Source of the DNA: Thermovirgaceae bacterium
Lineage (GTDB): Bacteria; Synergistota; Synergistia; Synergistales; Thermovirgaceae
Direction of reading: 5' to 3'
DNA: 64,000 nt
Assembly (NCBI GenBank): GCA_040767805.1
Contig: JAXGNU010000002.1
Span: 132,756-196,755, forward strand
In this document: positions 8,145 through 17,924 of the stretch, in pieces
Position numbering within the stretch: the stretch's first letter is position 1
Layout of the letters: each line of letters starts with the position of its first letter
The notes under the pieces: generated by a model
The model's database searches: none
What the model was told of the DNA's origin: nothing
What the model saw: only the letters and a program-made list of their open reading frames with translations
Made by a program: the position numbers and the translations under genes

Positions 8145-9964
8145 TCCCCGTCCCCGGAGGAGCATCCTGGGTCCTTTCGATTCGGGACCAGGGAAATGTG
8201 GAGTTCGGCCAACTGACCGGGGTCGACGTTGTTGGGGGCGCCCGACATGAGGCATTGGGCCTTTTGGGTCTTCGGGAAAGCGATCACGTCCCGTATGGAA
8301 TGAGCACCCGCCAGGAACATGACCAGCCGGTCGAAACCGATAGCGATCCCGCCATGGGGAGGGGTGCCCGAGGCGAGGGCGTCGATCAGGAAGCCGAACC
8401 TCTCCCTGGCCCGTTCCGGGGTGAAGCCCATAACCTCGAAGACCCTCCGCTGGAGCGAGGGCTCGTGGATCCTGATAGAGCCTCCCCCTATCTCGGCGCC
8501 GTTCAGGACCAGGTCGTAAGCCCTGGACCTGACCCCGCCGGGGTCCGCCTCGAGTTTTTCGAGGTCCTGAAGGTTCGGCGAGGTGAAGGGGTGGTGGACC
8601 GCCGTCCAGCGGAGTTCCTCGTCGTCCCACTCCAGCAGGGGAAAACCGTTGACCCAGAGGAAGTGCCAGGCCCCTTCCCTCCTGGGGAAGAACCTGGCCC
8701 CTAATTCGAGCCTGAGTTGGCCCAGCATCTCGCAGGTCTTCTTCCAGGGTCCCGCGGCGACGGCGAGGGCGTCCCCTTCCCCGAGGCCGGTTCTTTCAAC
8801 GAGGAGCGCCTGGGCCCCGCCGGAAAGGTACTTAACCAGGGGCCCCTTGAGGGCCCCCTCCCGAAGCGTGAAGAAGGCGAGACCTGAGGCCCCGAGATCC
8901 CTGGCCCTGGCCTCGAGGTCCGACATCTCCTTACGCGAGAGTGAGGCCCCGCTGGGTACGCGAAGTCCCCTCGCGACACCGCCCTCTTCGAGGGTTTTTC
9001 GGAAGGCTTCGCAAGGGCAGCCCCGGAAGCACTCGTCCAGGTTGAGCAGTTCCCCCTCGATCCTCAGGTCGGGCCGGTCGCTGCCGAAGCGGTCGATGGC
9101 TTCATGCCAAGACAGCACCGGGAAGGGTACCTCCAGGCACTCGCCCAGGACGCTCTGGAAAAGCCCTTTCATCAGCCCTTCCATGAGGGCCATGATGTCC
9201 TCCTCGGTGATGAAACTCATCTCGACGTCGATCTGGGTGAACTCGGGCTGACGGTCAGCCCGGAGGTCCTCATCCCTGAAGCACTTGACGATCTGGTAGT
9301 AGCGGTCGATGCCGCCCACCATGAGAATCTGCTTGAAGATCTGGGGTGACTGGGGAAGGGCGAAGAAACGTCCAGGCGTCACCCTCGCCGGGACGAGGTA
9401 GTCCCTGGCCCCCTCCGGGGTCGACTTGGTCAGCATGGGCGTCTCAACTTCGATGAACCCCTCGCCCGCGAGGAAAGAACGGGTGAACTCCGCGGCCCTG
9501 CTTCTCAGCCTCAGGTTGTCCTGCATGGGGCCCCTCCGGAGGTCGAGGTACCTCGACCTCAGCCGGAGGTTCTCGTCGACGCCGTCGGCTTCGGACATCT
9601 CAAAGGGGAGGGGCCTCGAAGGCGAAAGGACGATGAAATCCTCGGCCAGAACCTCCCTGTCGCCGGTGGCCATGGCGGGATTCTCCGTCCCTGGGGGCCT
9701 CTTCCTTACCCTGCCTTTTATGGCCAGGACGAATTCGTTCCGCAAGCCCTTGGCCTGCTCGTAGAGGCTTCCCATCTCCGGGGCGAAGACCACCTGGACC
9801 GTGCCGGTATGGTCCCATAACTCGATGAAGATGATGCCGCCTAGATCCCTCCGCCGACGAAGCCACCCGTTGAGGGTCACCTCGACCCCCTCCTCGGCGG
9901 CCGCCGGGATATTCCCGCAGTAAGAGCTCCTCTTCCACTCCTGGTCGAAAAACCGGTCTTTCAT
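8141..9964 (-). CDS. aspS: Aspartate--tRNA ligase
   Basis: RRDLGG, TPEGARDYLVP, LPQSPQ, FRDEDLRADRQPEFTQ, GGGSIRIH, PPHGGIAIGFDRL. Confidence 0.98.
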   Translation of the reverse strand: MKDRFFDQEWKRSSYCGNIPAAAEEGVEVTLNGWLRRRRDLGGIIFIELWDHTGTVQVVFAPEMGSLYEQAKGLRNEFVLAIKGRVRKRPPGTENPAMATGDREVLAEDFIVLSPSRPLPFEMSEADGVDENLRLRSRYLDLRRGPMQDNLRLRSRAAEFTRSFLAGEGFIEVETPMLTKSTPEGARDYLVPARVTPGRFFALPQSPQIFKQILMVGGIDRYYQIVKCFRDEDLRADRQPEFTQIDVEMSFITEEDIMALMEGLMKGLFQSVLGECLEVPFPVLSWHEAIDRFGSDRPDLRIEGELLNLDECFRGCPCEAFRKTLEEGGVARGLRVPSGASLSRKEMSDLEARARDLGASGLAFFTLREGALKGPLVKYLSGGAQALLVERTGLGEGDALAVAAGPWKKTCEMLGQLRLELGARFFPRREGAWHFLWVNGFPLLEWDDEELRWTAVHHPFTSPNLQDLEKLEADPGGVRSRAYDLVLNGAEIGGGSIRIHEPSLQRRVFEVMGFTPERARERFGFLIDALASGTPPHGGIAIGFDRLVMFLAGAHSIRDVIAFPKTQKAQCLMSGAPNNVDPGQLAELHISLVPNRKDPGCSSGDGE

Positions 9965-9986
9965 CCAAGTCCCTTCTTCCCGCTTA

Positions 9987-11249
9987 TCAAAGCGCCGTCT
10001 TCAGGAAATCCACCAGTTTCGCCCTTTCGACAGCCTGCTGCTCCCCGGAACGGAGGTCCTTCAGGGTCACCTTCCCCGAGGCTATCTCCTCGGGTCCCAG
10101 GACACAGGCGAAGGCGGCTCCGCTGGCGCCGGCCGTCTTGAAGCGGGCTTTCAGGGTCCTGCCGGTGTAATCCATATCCCCGGCCATCCCGGCCCGGCGG
10201 ATTTCGTAAAGGGCCGAAACGGCCCCGTCCAGCGATGAATCGTCGGCGTGGACCACGAAAATATCGCATCGAGGCGGCTCCCCAAAGGAACAGCCCTGCT
10301 CTTCCATGGTCAGGACGATCCTCTCCACGCCGGCGGCGAATCCCATCCCGGGGGTGTGGGGCCCACCGATGGACTCGGCGAGGTTATCGTACCGGCCACC
10401 GCCGCAGACCGCGTTCTGGGCCCCCAGTTCTCCCGATAGGACTTCGTAGGCCGTCTTGGTATAGTAATCGAGCCCCCGGACGAGCCGGTTGTCGATCTTG
10501 AAGGAGGCCCCGATCATCGTCAGCCCCTTCTTGACGGCGTCAAAGTGCACGGCGCACTCGTCGCAAAGGCAGGATATGGTGCTGGGGGCGTCCTCCGTGA
10601 GGGCCTGGCAGGTGGGGTTCTTGCAGTCCACGATCCTCAGGGGGTTGCGGTCGAATCTCCCTCGGCAGGACTCGCAGAGTTCCTTCAGCCTGGGCCTCAG
10701 GAAATCCTGGAGGGCTTTCCTGTGGACCGGCCGGCAGGCCGGGCACCCCACGGAATTGACGAGCACCTCGAGGTTGGAAAGGCCCAGCCTCCTGAACAAC
10801 TCCAGGGACAGCTCGATGGACTCCACGTCCAGTAGGGGATCCTGGCTTCCTATGGCCTCGAAGTCTATTTGCCAGAACTGTCGGTACCGCCCCTTCTGGG
10901 GCCGTTCATAGCGGAACATGGGCCCCGCGCTCCAGAGCTTGGCCGGCTGGTGCTGCTTATCCATCCTGTTCTGCAGGTAGGACCTCACCATGGGGGCCGA
11001 AAGTTCCGGGCGAAGGGTAAGGCTCCGGCCGGAGCGGTCTTCGAAGGTGTACATCTCCTTCTCGACCACGTCGGTGGTCTCGCCGACGCCCCGGGAGAAA
11101 AGTTCGGTGTGTTCGAACACGGGGAGGTGGATCTCCCGGTAACCGAAATCACCGGCGACCTTTCTCGTGACGGAAAAAACATGCTCCCACTTCCACGATT
11201 CAACGGGGAGTATGTCCCGGACCCCCCGCGGGGCTTTGATGCTGGACAT
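9987..11249 (-). CDS. hisS: Histidine--tRNA ligase
   Basis: PRGVRDILP, KEMYTFED, FRYERPQKGRYRQF, LVRGLDYY, GGGRYD. Confidence 0.98.
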   Translation of the reverse strand: MSSIKAPRGVRDILPVESWKWEHVFSVTRKVAGDFGYREIHLPVFEHTELFSRGVGETTDVVEKEMYTFEDRSGRSLTLRPELSAPMVRSYLQNRMDKQHQPAKLWSAGPMFRYERPQKGRYRQFWQIDFEAIGSQDPLLDVESIELSLELFRRLGLSNLEVLVNSVGCPACRPVHRKALQDFLRPRLKELCESCRGRFDRNPLRIVDCKNPTCQALTEDAPSTISCLCDECAVHFDAVKKGLTMIGASFKIDNRLVRGLDYYTKTAYEVLSGELGAQNAVCGGGRYDNLAESIGGPHTPGMGFAAGVERIVLTMEEQGCSFGEPPRCDIFVVHADDSSLDGAVSALYEIRRAGMAGDMDYTGRTLKARFKTAGASGAAFACVLGPEEIASGKVTLKDLRSGEQQAVERAKLVDFLKTAL

Positions 11250-11353
11250 GAAAAAACCCTCCCTGCTTTGTTATGCCTGATCGGGATCGTTAGATTGTAG
11301 CACTACTTTCGTTTGGGACGAACCCGTTCCTCGCCATGTCCCCCTGGGGCCGC

Positions 11354-11387
11354 AAAAAAACCGCGGACCCCGGGGGCCGCGGTTTTT
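11354..11387 (-). terminator. Rho-independent terminator after spoVS (symmetrical, possibly bidirectional)
   Basis: AAAAAAACCGCGG...CCGCGGTTTTT inverted repeat. Confidence 0.75.
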
Positions 11388-11413
11388 CCTTGCCGGATCG
11401 TTTACGAGGAGGC

Positions 11414-11674
11414 TCAGCGGTTCTCAAGCTGGAACTTCATGGCCGTCCTTTCCTCGCCGTCAATATCTATCTTGGCGAAGGAAGGGATGCAGACAAGATC
11501 TATCCCGTTGGGCGAGACATACCCCCTCGCTATCGCGATGGATTTGACCGTCTGGTTGACGGCCCCCGCCCCCACCGCCTGGATCTCGACGGCACCGCTC
11601 TCCCTGACCACCGCCGCGATCGCGCCGGCAACAGACTTCGGCTGAGAGTTTGCAGAGACCTTGAGTACTTCCAT
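11414..11674 (-). CDS. spoVS: SpoVS family protein
   Basis: MEVLKVSANSQPKSVAGAIA...QAVGAGAVNQTVKSIAIARG. Confidence 0.93.
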   Translation of the reverse strand: MEVLKVSANSQPKSVAGAIAAVVRESGAVEIQAVGAGAVNQTVKSIAIARGYVSPNGIDLVCIPSFAKIDIDGEERTAMKFQLENR

Positions 11675-11875
11675 GGAATATCGCCCTCCCCCTGGATTCC
11701 ACGATACTACTCCGCTGTAGCCTTCGATCCCCTCTTCAGCGTGTTAGGAAACTGTTACGATAAGTATAACTTTATTTTCCCCTGTCAACAATAGCCTCAC
11801 CCAGTGAATATTTCAAGAAAATGAAATCGCGGGCTCTTGACGGTCCAAAAAGGGCCATACCGGTCTATTCCTTCT

Positions 11876-12145
11876 TTACCCGCTCTCGATGAGTCCCAGG
11901 AATAGGACCGTGGAACCCGGGGGCACCTCCTCGTCCCCGCCGAGGGCCTTGGGGTCACCTTCTTCGTCGAATAGGCAGATCAGCCCTTCCTCCCGAGCGG
12001 GGAAACCCTCCCCGTAAACGCCGGCCAGCCTCTCCACTAGGCTCGATACCTTCACGGGTTCCTCGAGCGGCAAGAAAAGTACCTCCGCCCCGGCCGCCCG
12101 TTGCCAGGGGCCGAAGAACTTGACGCGGACGCCCTTTTCCGTCAT
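11876..12145 (-). CDS. MoaD/ThiS-like ubiquitin-fold protein
   Basis: VRVKFFG start, 89 aa, ends ...LIESG (no di-Gly). Confidence 0.65.
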   Translation of the reverse strand: MTEKGVRVKFFGPWQRAAGAEVLFLPLEEPVKVSSLVERLAGVYGEGFPAREEGLICLFDEEGDPKALGGDEEVPPGSTVLFLGLIESG

Positions 12146-12600
12146 CAGTCGGAGGGTTCCTTTTTCGAGTGAAGTATGTAATCCAGTAGGTCCGACCGGC
12201 TGAGGACCCCCGAGAAGACCCCGTCCTTCACGACGGGGGCCCTCTTCAGGCTTTTCGTTATCAGCACCATCGCGGCGTTCAGGTCCGTATCCTGCTCGTC
12301 CAGTACGATCACCTGGGTCTGCATGTACTTGTCGACCCTTTCAAGGCTTATCCCCTGGAGCCTTTTCTGGAACTGGCCGTAATCCGGTAAAAAGGAGGAA
12401 TCCCGCAAAAGGTCGAAATAGCCGGGCAAGGCCGCCTTTACGATATCCTTCTCGCTGAGGAAACCCACCACCTTCCCGTCGTCGCCGACGACGGGAATAC
12501 CGGTGACCCTCTGCCCGGCCATGATCTCCACGGCTTCCGCGATGGTCGTCTCCGGTGAAACGGCGGTGAGATCCCTGTCCATCAGGTCACCCACGAGCAT
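12145..12600 (-). CDS. CBS domain pair protein
   Basis: VGDLMDR, GIPVVGDDGKVVGFLSEKDI, APVVKDG...GVLSRSDLL. Confidence 0.88.
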   Translation of the reverse strand: MLVGDLMDRDLTAVSPETTIAEAVEIMAGQRVTGIPVVGDDGKVVGFLSEKDIVKAALPGYFDLLRDSSFLPDYGQFQKRLQGISLERVDKYMQTQVIVLDEQDTDLNAAMVLITKSLKRAPVVKDGVFSGVLSRSDLLDYILHSKKEPSD

Positions 12601-12673
12601 TGGCCCGCCCCCCTTTCTTGGTTTCGACAAGTATCCCCCTTCCGGGCAGGGAGGTAAACAGGTCCGCCGCCCA

Positions 12674-13957
12674 TCAGAAAAGGCCTCCCCACCGGATCAC
12701 GACATAGAAGCTCGCGGTGGCCAGGGAGATGAAGACCACCTTGAGCCCCGTCCTCATGAAGGTCTTGAAGTTGATCCGGTTGCCGCTTTTTTCAGCTATA
12801 TCGGCAACGACCACGTTCGCAGCGGCGCCGAGGAAAGTGCCGTTGCCGCCCAGGCAGGCCCCCAGCGACAGGGCCCAGAACAAGGGTGCCGCGGCCATCC
12901 CCGTGGAGGCGGCCAGGTCCCGGGCTACGTATACGAAGGTGACCGTGAAGGCCACGTTGTTGATGAAGGCGCAGACCAGGCCGGAAAACCACAGCATGGC
13001 GACCATGGCGGCCAGCGGACGGCCCTTGAAAAAGGAAATGAACAGTTCCGAAGTGGCGGCAATGACGCCCGTCTCGTTGAGGGCGCCGACGATTATGAAG
13101 AGCGAGACGAAAAACATGATCGTGGGCCACTCGATGTCCCGGTGGATCACCTCGTCCCCGTCCACGGGGACCACGGCGAGCAGGACCGTCGCGCCCAAAA
13201 GGGCTATGACCGAAGCGGGCAGGTCCAGGATGTGGTGGACCACGAAACCGGCCACAACGAGCACCATCGCTGTCGAAGCCCTGATCATGAGCCCCTTGTC
13301 CTTTATCAGTTTCGACTCGTCGACCTTGGCGATGCGCTCCGTGGCCCCTTCGCCGCCCTCCAGGTCCTTCCGGAAGTGGTACAGGAGCCAGGCCGTCACG
13401 ACGACCATCACCAGGGACACGGCCGGTGTAAGGTTGACGATGAAATCCATGAAGGAGAAGTGGGCGAAGGAGCCGATGATCATGTTGGGGGGGTCGCCTA
13501 CGAGGGTGGCGGTACCGCCGATATTCGAGGCGAAGGCCTCCCCGATGAGGAACGGGAAGGGGTTGACGTCCATCAGGTCCACGAGGGATATCACCACGGG
13601 GCTAATGAGGAGGACCGTGGTGACGTTGTCGAGGAAAGCCGAGAGGAGTGCGGTGACCGCCAGCACCGCTATGTAGGTCAGGTGGATCCTGCCGCCGGTG
13701 GCCTTGACGGTGAGGACAGCGATGTACTGGAAAAGCCCCGTGCCCGAGATGACGCCCACGATGATCATCATCCCCATGAGGAGCCCGATGGTGTTGAAAT
13801 CGATGTAGGAGACCGCCTTCTGGGCGGGGATGATGTTGAGCCCCATGAGCAGGCTCGCCGCAAGGAGCGCCGCCACGCTCCTGCGCATCTTGCCCGTCGC
13901 TATGACCATTATCGTCAGTATGAAGACCACCGATGCCGCAACAGGTTGTATCGACAT
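12674..13957 (-). CDS. ArsB/NhaD-family (SLC13/P-permease-like) transporter
   Basis: SAFLDNVTTVL, SNIGGTATLVGDPPN, LGACLGGNGT..GAAAN. Confidence 0.88.
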   Translation of the reverse strand: MSIQPVAASVVFILTIMVIATGKMRRSVAALLAASLLMGLNIIPAQKAVSYIDFNTIGLLMGMMIIVGVISGTGLFQYIAVLTVKATGGRIHLTYIAVLAVTALLSAFLDNVTTVLLISPVVISLVDLMDVNPFPFLIGEAFASNIGGTATLVGDPPNMIIGSFAHFSFMDFIVNLTPAVSLVMVVVTAWLLYHFRKDLEGGEGATERIAKVDESKLIKDKGLMIRASTAMVLVVAGFVVHHILDLPASVIALLGATVLLAVVPVDGDEVIHRDIEWPTIMFFVSLFIIVGALNETGVIAATSELFISFFKGRPLAAMVAMLWFSGLVCAFINNVAFTVTFVYVARDLAASTGMAAAPLFWALSLGACLGGNGTFLGAAANVVVADIAEKSGNRINFKTFMRTGLKVVFISLATASFYVVIRWGGLF

Positions 13958-14233
13958 GTCCAGGATCCTTCCCCCGTGATCCGGCCCGGTCCTTTCGTCG
14001 TGACAGTACGGGCGGATCTTCATTGTAGTAAAATGATAAATCGCGTCAAGTCCGCCCGGGGTCACCCTGCGAAACGATGAAGGAGCGATCCCGGGGATGG
14101 CCTGTCGGAACAAGCGATATTTATACTCCCAAGGCCCGGGGGTTTCAAGGCCCCCGGCGGAATATGACGGTGACCGCCCGTCGATGGCTTATAATCATGT
14201 CGACTGTTCAAGACGAACCCGGGAGGAAGAGAA

Positions 14234-15034
14234 ATGGTCGCGGAACCCGAAAGGCAACAAAACCTGGCGGTGCTGATCGATGCGGACAACACGTCCCCTT
14301 CGGTGATCGAGTACCTTTTCGCCGAAATCGCCAAGTACGGCATGGCCAGCGTTAAGAGGATATACGGGGACTGGACGTCACCCTACCTCAAGGGCTGGAA
14401 GGAGGTCCTGCTGACCTACGCCATCCACCCCATCCAGCAGTTCCACTACACCGTAGGCAAGAACGCCACCGACAGCGCCATGATCATCGACGCCATGGAC
14501 CTGCTCTACTCCAACCGTTTCGACGGCTTCTGCCTGGTCTCCAGCGACAGCGACTTCACGCGCCTGGCGACCCGTATCAGGGAGGGCGGGATCACCGTCT
14601 ACGGGTTCGGGAAAAAGGGAACCCCCAACGCCTTCGTCAGCGCCTGCGACAAGTTCATCTACACCGAGATCCTGGAAAAGCAGGCGGAGGAGGACGAATC
14701 GGAGCATCCCGCCGGGGAGGAAGAACAGGCGGCGAAAAAGAAACAGGCCCCCAAACTGCTCAGGGGCGACACGAAGTTGACTAACCTCCTTCGCAACAGC
14801 GTCGACGCCGTCGCCGACGAGGATGGTTGGGCCGCCCTCGGCAACGTGGGGCAACACATCTCCAACCAGTCCCCTTCCTTCGACTCCCGGAACTACGGGT
14901 TCAGGAAGCTGAGTTCCCTGGTGAAGGCCACGGGGCTCTTCGAGGTGGAATCCCGGGCCGTTAACGGGGAATCGGGCAACCGGGTCATATTTATACGCCA
15001 CCGGCAGCGAAAGGCCCAAAAAACGGGGAAATAG
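14234..15034 (+). CDS. NYN (LabA/DUF88) domain protein with C-terminal OST-HTH/LOTUS domain
   Basis: LIDADN, RIYGDW, GKNATD, VSSDSDF; C-terminal FDSRNYGFRKLSSLV. Confidence 0.9.
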   Translation: MVAEPERQQNLAVLIDADNTSPSVIEYLFAEIAKYGMASVKRIYGDWTSPYLKGWKEVLLTYAIHPIQQFHYTVGKNATDSAMIIDAMDLLYSNRFDGFCLVSSDSDFTRLATRIREGGITVYGFGKKGTPNAFVSACDKFIYTEILEKQAEEDESEHPAGEEEQAAKKKQAPKLLRGDTKLTNLLRNSVDAVADEDGWAALGNVGQHISNQSPSFDSRNYGFRKLSSLVKATGLFEVESRAVNGESGNRVIFIRHRQRKAQKTGK

Positions 15035-15109
15035 CCCATCCCCGGCACCTCCCCGGCCTGTCGCGCTATATGTGTGTTCCTGGCTCCCCCCGGAGGCTTT
15101 GCCGGGGTC

Positions 15110-15922
15110 TCAGTATTGATAGTTGTCGAGGCTCGCGCCGGCCAATTCGAGCATCTCCCGCCGGTTTGACCCCCGGTAGGGCACAAAGGGCCGGCCCCTC
15201 ACTCCGATGGCTTCCCGGGGGCAGAGCGACACGCACCGCTGGCAGAAGAGGCATCCCACCCCGAAACGTGGGAATGTCTCCATGGTGATGTTCGAGACGG
15301 GGCAGACCTCGGCGCAAAGGCCGCACCTCGAGCACTTTTCCACATCGACCGAGAGAGGGTACTTCCGGCGGAGAGCCGCCCAGGCCCCGCCCTGGGGGCT
15401 TCGGCCCAATCCCTTGACAAACTCCGGCAGCAGGGGGATGGAACGCCAGGAAGTCCTCCCCGCGGCCAGCTTTCTCGCGAAGGCATCCGCCCTTTTCAGC
15501 CCCCGCCGCCGCAGCCGGTCGTCCTTGGGCCCCTCCCGCTCTGTCCTGGCGTAATTGGTGGGCATTCGGATTTCGACGGCCCCTACGGGGCGGTAACCCC
15601 TGGCGGATACGACCCTTTTCATCGGGCCGACGACCCCGCCGCTGAACCCGGCCAGGGTGTCCACCATGAAAATCTCCTTGCCCCGTCCAGGAGCGAGGTT
15701 TTCGGCGAACTCCCAGACAAAGGGGTAGGTCGAGAATAACGCCACCGGGAAGGCTAGGCCGACGGTGCCAGCGGAGAGCGTATCCCCGGGATCGCTCCTT
15801 TCGAGGGGCCTCAACTGGGCGGCGACCCCTTCCTCGAGCAGGGTCGTTACGACCCTCCCGGCCACGGCATGGGTATTCCCGGAACCGGAGAAAAGGTATA
15901 TTACGACGGGTTCCCTCAACAA
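15110..15922 (-). CDS. EFR1-family flavodoxin-ferredoxin fusion
   Basis: FSGSGNT flavodoxin loop, MPTNY, two CxxCxxCxxxCP clusters. Confidence 0.85.
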   Translation of the reverse strand: MLREPVVIYLFSGSGNTHAVAGRVVTTLLEEGVAAQLRPLERSDPGDTLSAGTVGLAFPVALFSTYPFVWEFAENLAPGRGKEIFMVDTLAGFSGGVVGPMKRVVSARGYRPVGAVEIRMPTNYARTEREGPKDDRLRRRGLKRADAFARKLAAGRTSWRSIPLLPEFVKGLGRSPQGGAWAALRRKYPLSVDVEKCSRCGLCAEVCPVSNITMETFPRFGVGCLFCQRCVSLCPREAIGVRGRPFVPYRGSNRREMLELAGASLDNYQY

Positions 15923-15992
15923 GGGGGCATCACTCCCGGCCTGACGAGATGGCCCGATTATAAGGGATGGCCCCTTCCCTGCGGCGATGTCC

Positions 15993-17219
15993 CTATTCGT
16001 ACCTCAGGGCCTCGATGGGGTTGAGGAGGGAGGCCTTCCAGGCCGGGTAATACCCGAAGAAGACGCCCACGAAGGCCGAGAAGCCGAAGGCCAGGGAGAT
16101 CGAAAAGGGGGAGACCTCCACGGCCCAGCCGAAGCCCCTCGATATAGACAAGGCTCCCGCCACGCCGAGTATTATGCCTGTCGCTCCCCCGAGCAAGGAG
16201 AGCATAAGGGCCTCCACGAGGAACTGGAGCCTTATGTCGATGGTCTTGGCCCCCAGGGCCATCCGGATGCCTATCTCACGGGTCCTCTCCGTGACGGAGA
16301 CCAGCATGATGTTCATGATCCCTATCCCGCCCACGAGGAGGGAGACCCCCGCCACCGCCGTGAGGAGCAGCGTCATAGTCCTCGTAGCGGCCTTGGCGTT
16401 CTCGATCATCTGGGCCATGTTGCGGACGGTGAAGTCCTCCTCGCCGCCCTCGCGGATGCGGTGCCTCATCGAAAGGAGCGACGTGACCTGATCCTGGGCG
16501 GCTCCCAGCAGTTCCGAACCGCGGGCCTTCACCATGATGGTCGAGACCGAACCCGACCTGGAAGAACTGAAGAGCCTCCTCTGGGCCGTCGTCACCGGCA
16601 CGAGGACGACGTCGTCCTGGTCCCTGCCCATGGGGTTGGTCCCGATCTCATCGAGGACCCCGACCACTACCATGGGGACGTTCCTGACCCTCACGGTCTT
16701 CCCGAGGGGATCCTCCCCGCCGAAGAGGTTGTCCACGATGGTCTTGCCCACGACGCAGACCTTGGCGGCGCTCCTCACGTCCTGGTCGGTGAAGACCGTA
16801 CCCGATCCCATGGCCCAGTCCTGGACGAAAAGGTAATCGGGCGTAGTTCCCGTGATGTTGGTGGACCAGTTCTGGTTGCCGTAGACGACCTGGGCGCCGC
16901 CGCCGTAGACGGGGGCGGCGTAGGCCACGGCCGCGCACTCCTCCGCTATAGCCCTGGCGTCGTCCACGGTGAGGGTATTGACCGAACCGCTCCGCACGCC
17001 GCCCGGTGCCTGGACGGCCCCGGGCCTCACCGTCAGCAGGTTGCTCCCCATGCTGGAGAACCGGTCGGAAATCTCCCGGTTAGCGCCCGCCCCGATGGCG
17101 AACATCATGATCACCGCCATGACGCCGATGATTATCCCCAGCATCGTCAGGGCCGAGCGCATCTTGTTGACGGCCAGGGCCCTGGAGGAGATCCTCGCTG
17201 TTTCCCAAAGGGATATCAT
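15993..17219 (-). CDS. MacB-like ABC transporter permease
   Basis: RSALTMLGIIIG, GGIGIMNIMLVSVTERTREIGIRMALGA, PIEALRYE. Confidence 0.93.
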   Translation of the reverse strand: MISLWETARISSRALAVNKMRSALTMLGIIIGVMAVIMMFAIGAGANREISDRFSSMGSNLLTVRPGAVQAPGGVRSGSVNTLTVDDARAIAEECAAVAYAAPVYGGGAQVVYGNQNWSTNITGTTPDYLFVQDWAMGSGTVFTDQDVRSAAKVCVVGKTIVDNLFGGEDPLGKTVRVRNVPMVVVGVLDEIGTNPMGRDQDDVVLVPVTTAQRRLFSSSRSGSVSTIMVKARGSELLGAAQDQVTSLLSMRHRIREGGEEDFTVRNMAQMIENAKAATRTMTLLLTAVAGVSLLVGGIGIMNIMLVSVTERTREIGIRMALGAKTIDIRLQFLVEALMLSLLGGATGIILGVAGALSISRGFGWAVEVSPFSISLAFGFSAFVGVFFGYYPAWKASLLNPIEALRYE

Positions 17220-17917
17220 GGCCCGCCGGTCCTTTCGTCCTTTAGTACCATCCCGTCCCTGAAGGTGATGGTCCTCTTCCCGAAGGCAGCCATTTCGGCT
17301 TCGTGGGTGACCTGGATAATGGTCCTGCCGAGCTTTTCATTCAATTCCGTGAAGAGACCCATGATGTCTCTGCCGGTCCTGCTGTCCAGGTTCCCCGTCG
17401 GCTCATCGGCCAGGATGATCGAGGCGTTGTTCACCAGGGCGCGGGCGATGGCCACCCTCTGCTGCTGTCCGCCCGACAGCTGCTGGGGCTGGTGCTGGGC
17501 CCTGTCGCCCAGCCCCACCATCTCCAGGGCCTCCATGGCTTTCCCCTCCCTCAGGGAGGGGGGGACGCCGTTGTAGAGCATGGGCAGCTGGACGTTCTCC
17601 AGGGCCGTCATGCGAGGCAGCAGGTTGAAACCCTGGAAGACGAAACCGATCTTGTGCTTGCGGATGTCCGCCAGTTCGTCCCTCGACAGGCCGCTGACAT
17701 CAAAGCCCTCCAGGAAGTAACGGCCCCTGGTCGGCGTGTCGAGGCACCCCAGGATGTTCATCAGCGTCGACTTGCCCGAGCCGGAAGCCCCCATGATGGA
17801 AAGGAACTCCCCCTCGGCCACGGAAAAACTGACGTCCCTGAGGGCCTCCACCTGGACATCGCCGAGGTCGTATATCTTCGTGATGCCCTCCAGGTGGACC
17901 ATCCCGCCTGTCGCCAT
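17216..17917 (-). CDS. ABC transporter ATP-binding protein (MacB/LolD type)
   Basis: GASGSGKST, LSGGQQQRVAIARAL, ADEPTGNLD. Confidence 0.95.
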   Translation of the reverse strand: MATGGMVHLEGITKIYDLGDVQVEALRDVSFSVAEGEFLSIMGASGSGKSTLMNILGCLDTPTRGRYFLEGFDVSGLSRDELADIRKHKIGFVFQGFNLLPRMTALENVQLPMLYNGVPPSLREGKAMEALEMVGLGDRAQHQPQQLSGGQQQRVAIARALVNNASIILADEPTGNLDSRTGRDIMGLFTELNEKLGRTIIQVTHEAEMAAFGKRTITFRDGMVLKDERTGGP

Positions 17918-17924
17918 CAGGGCC

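Noticed and set aside
11250..11410. T-box riboswitch upstream of hisS-aspS
   Set aside because: The region is short and I found no T-box antiterminator motif; the hairpin is explained as the spoVS terminator
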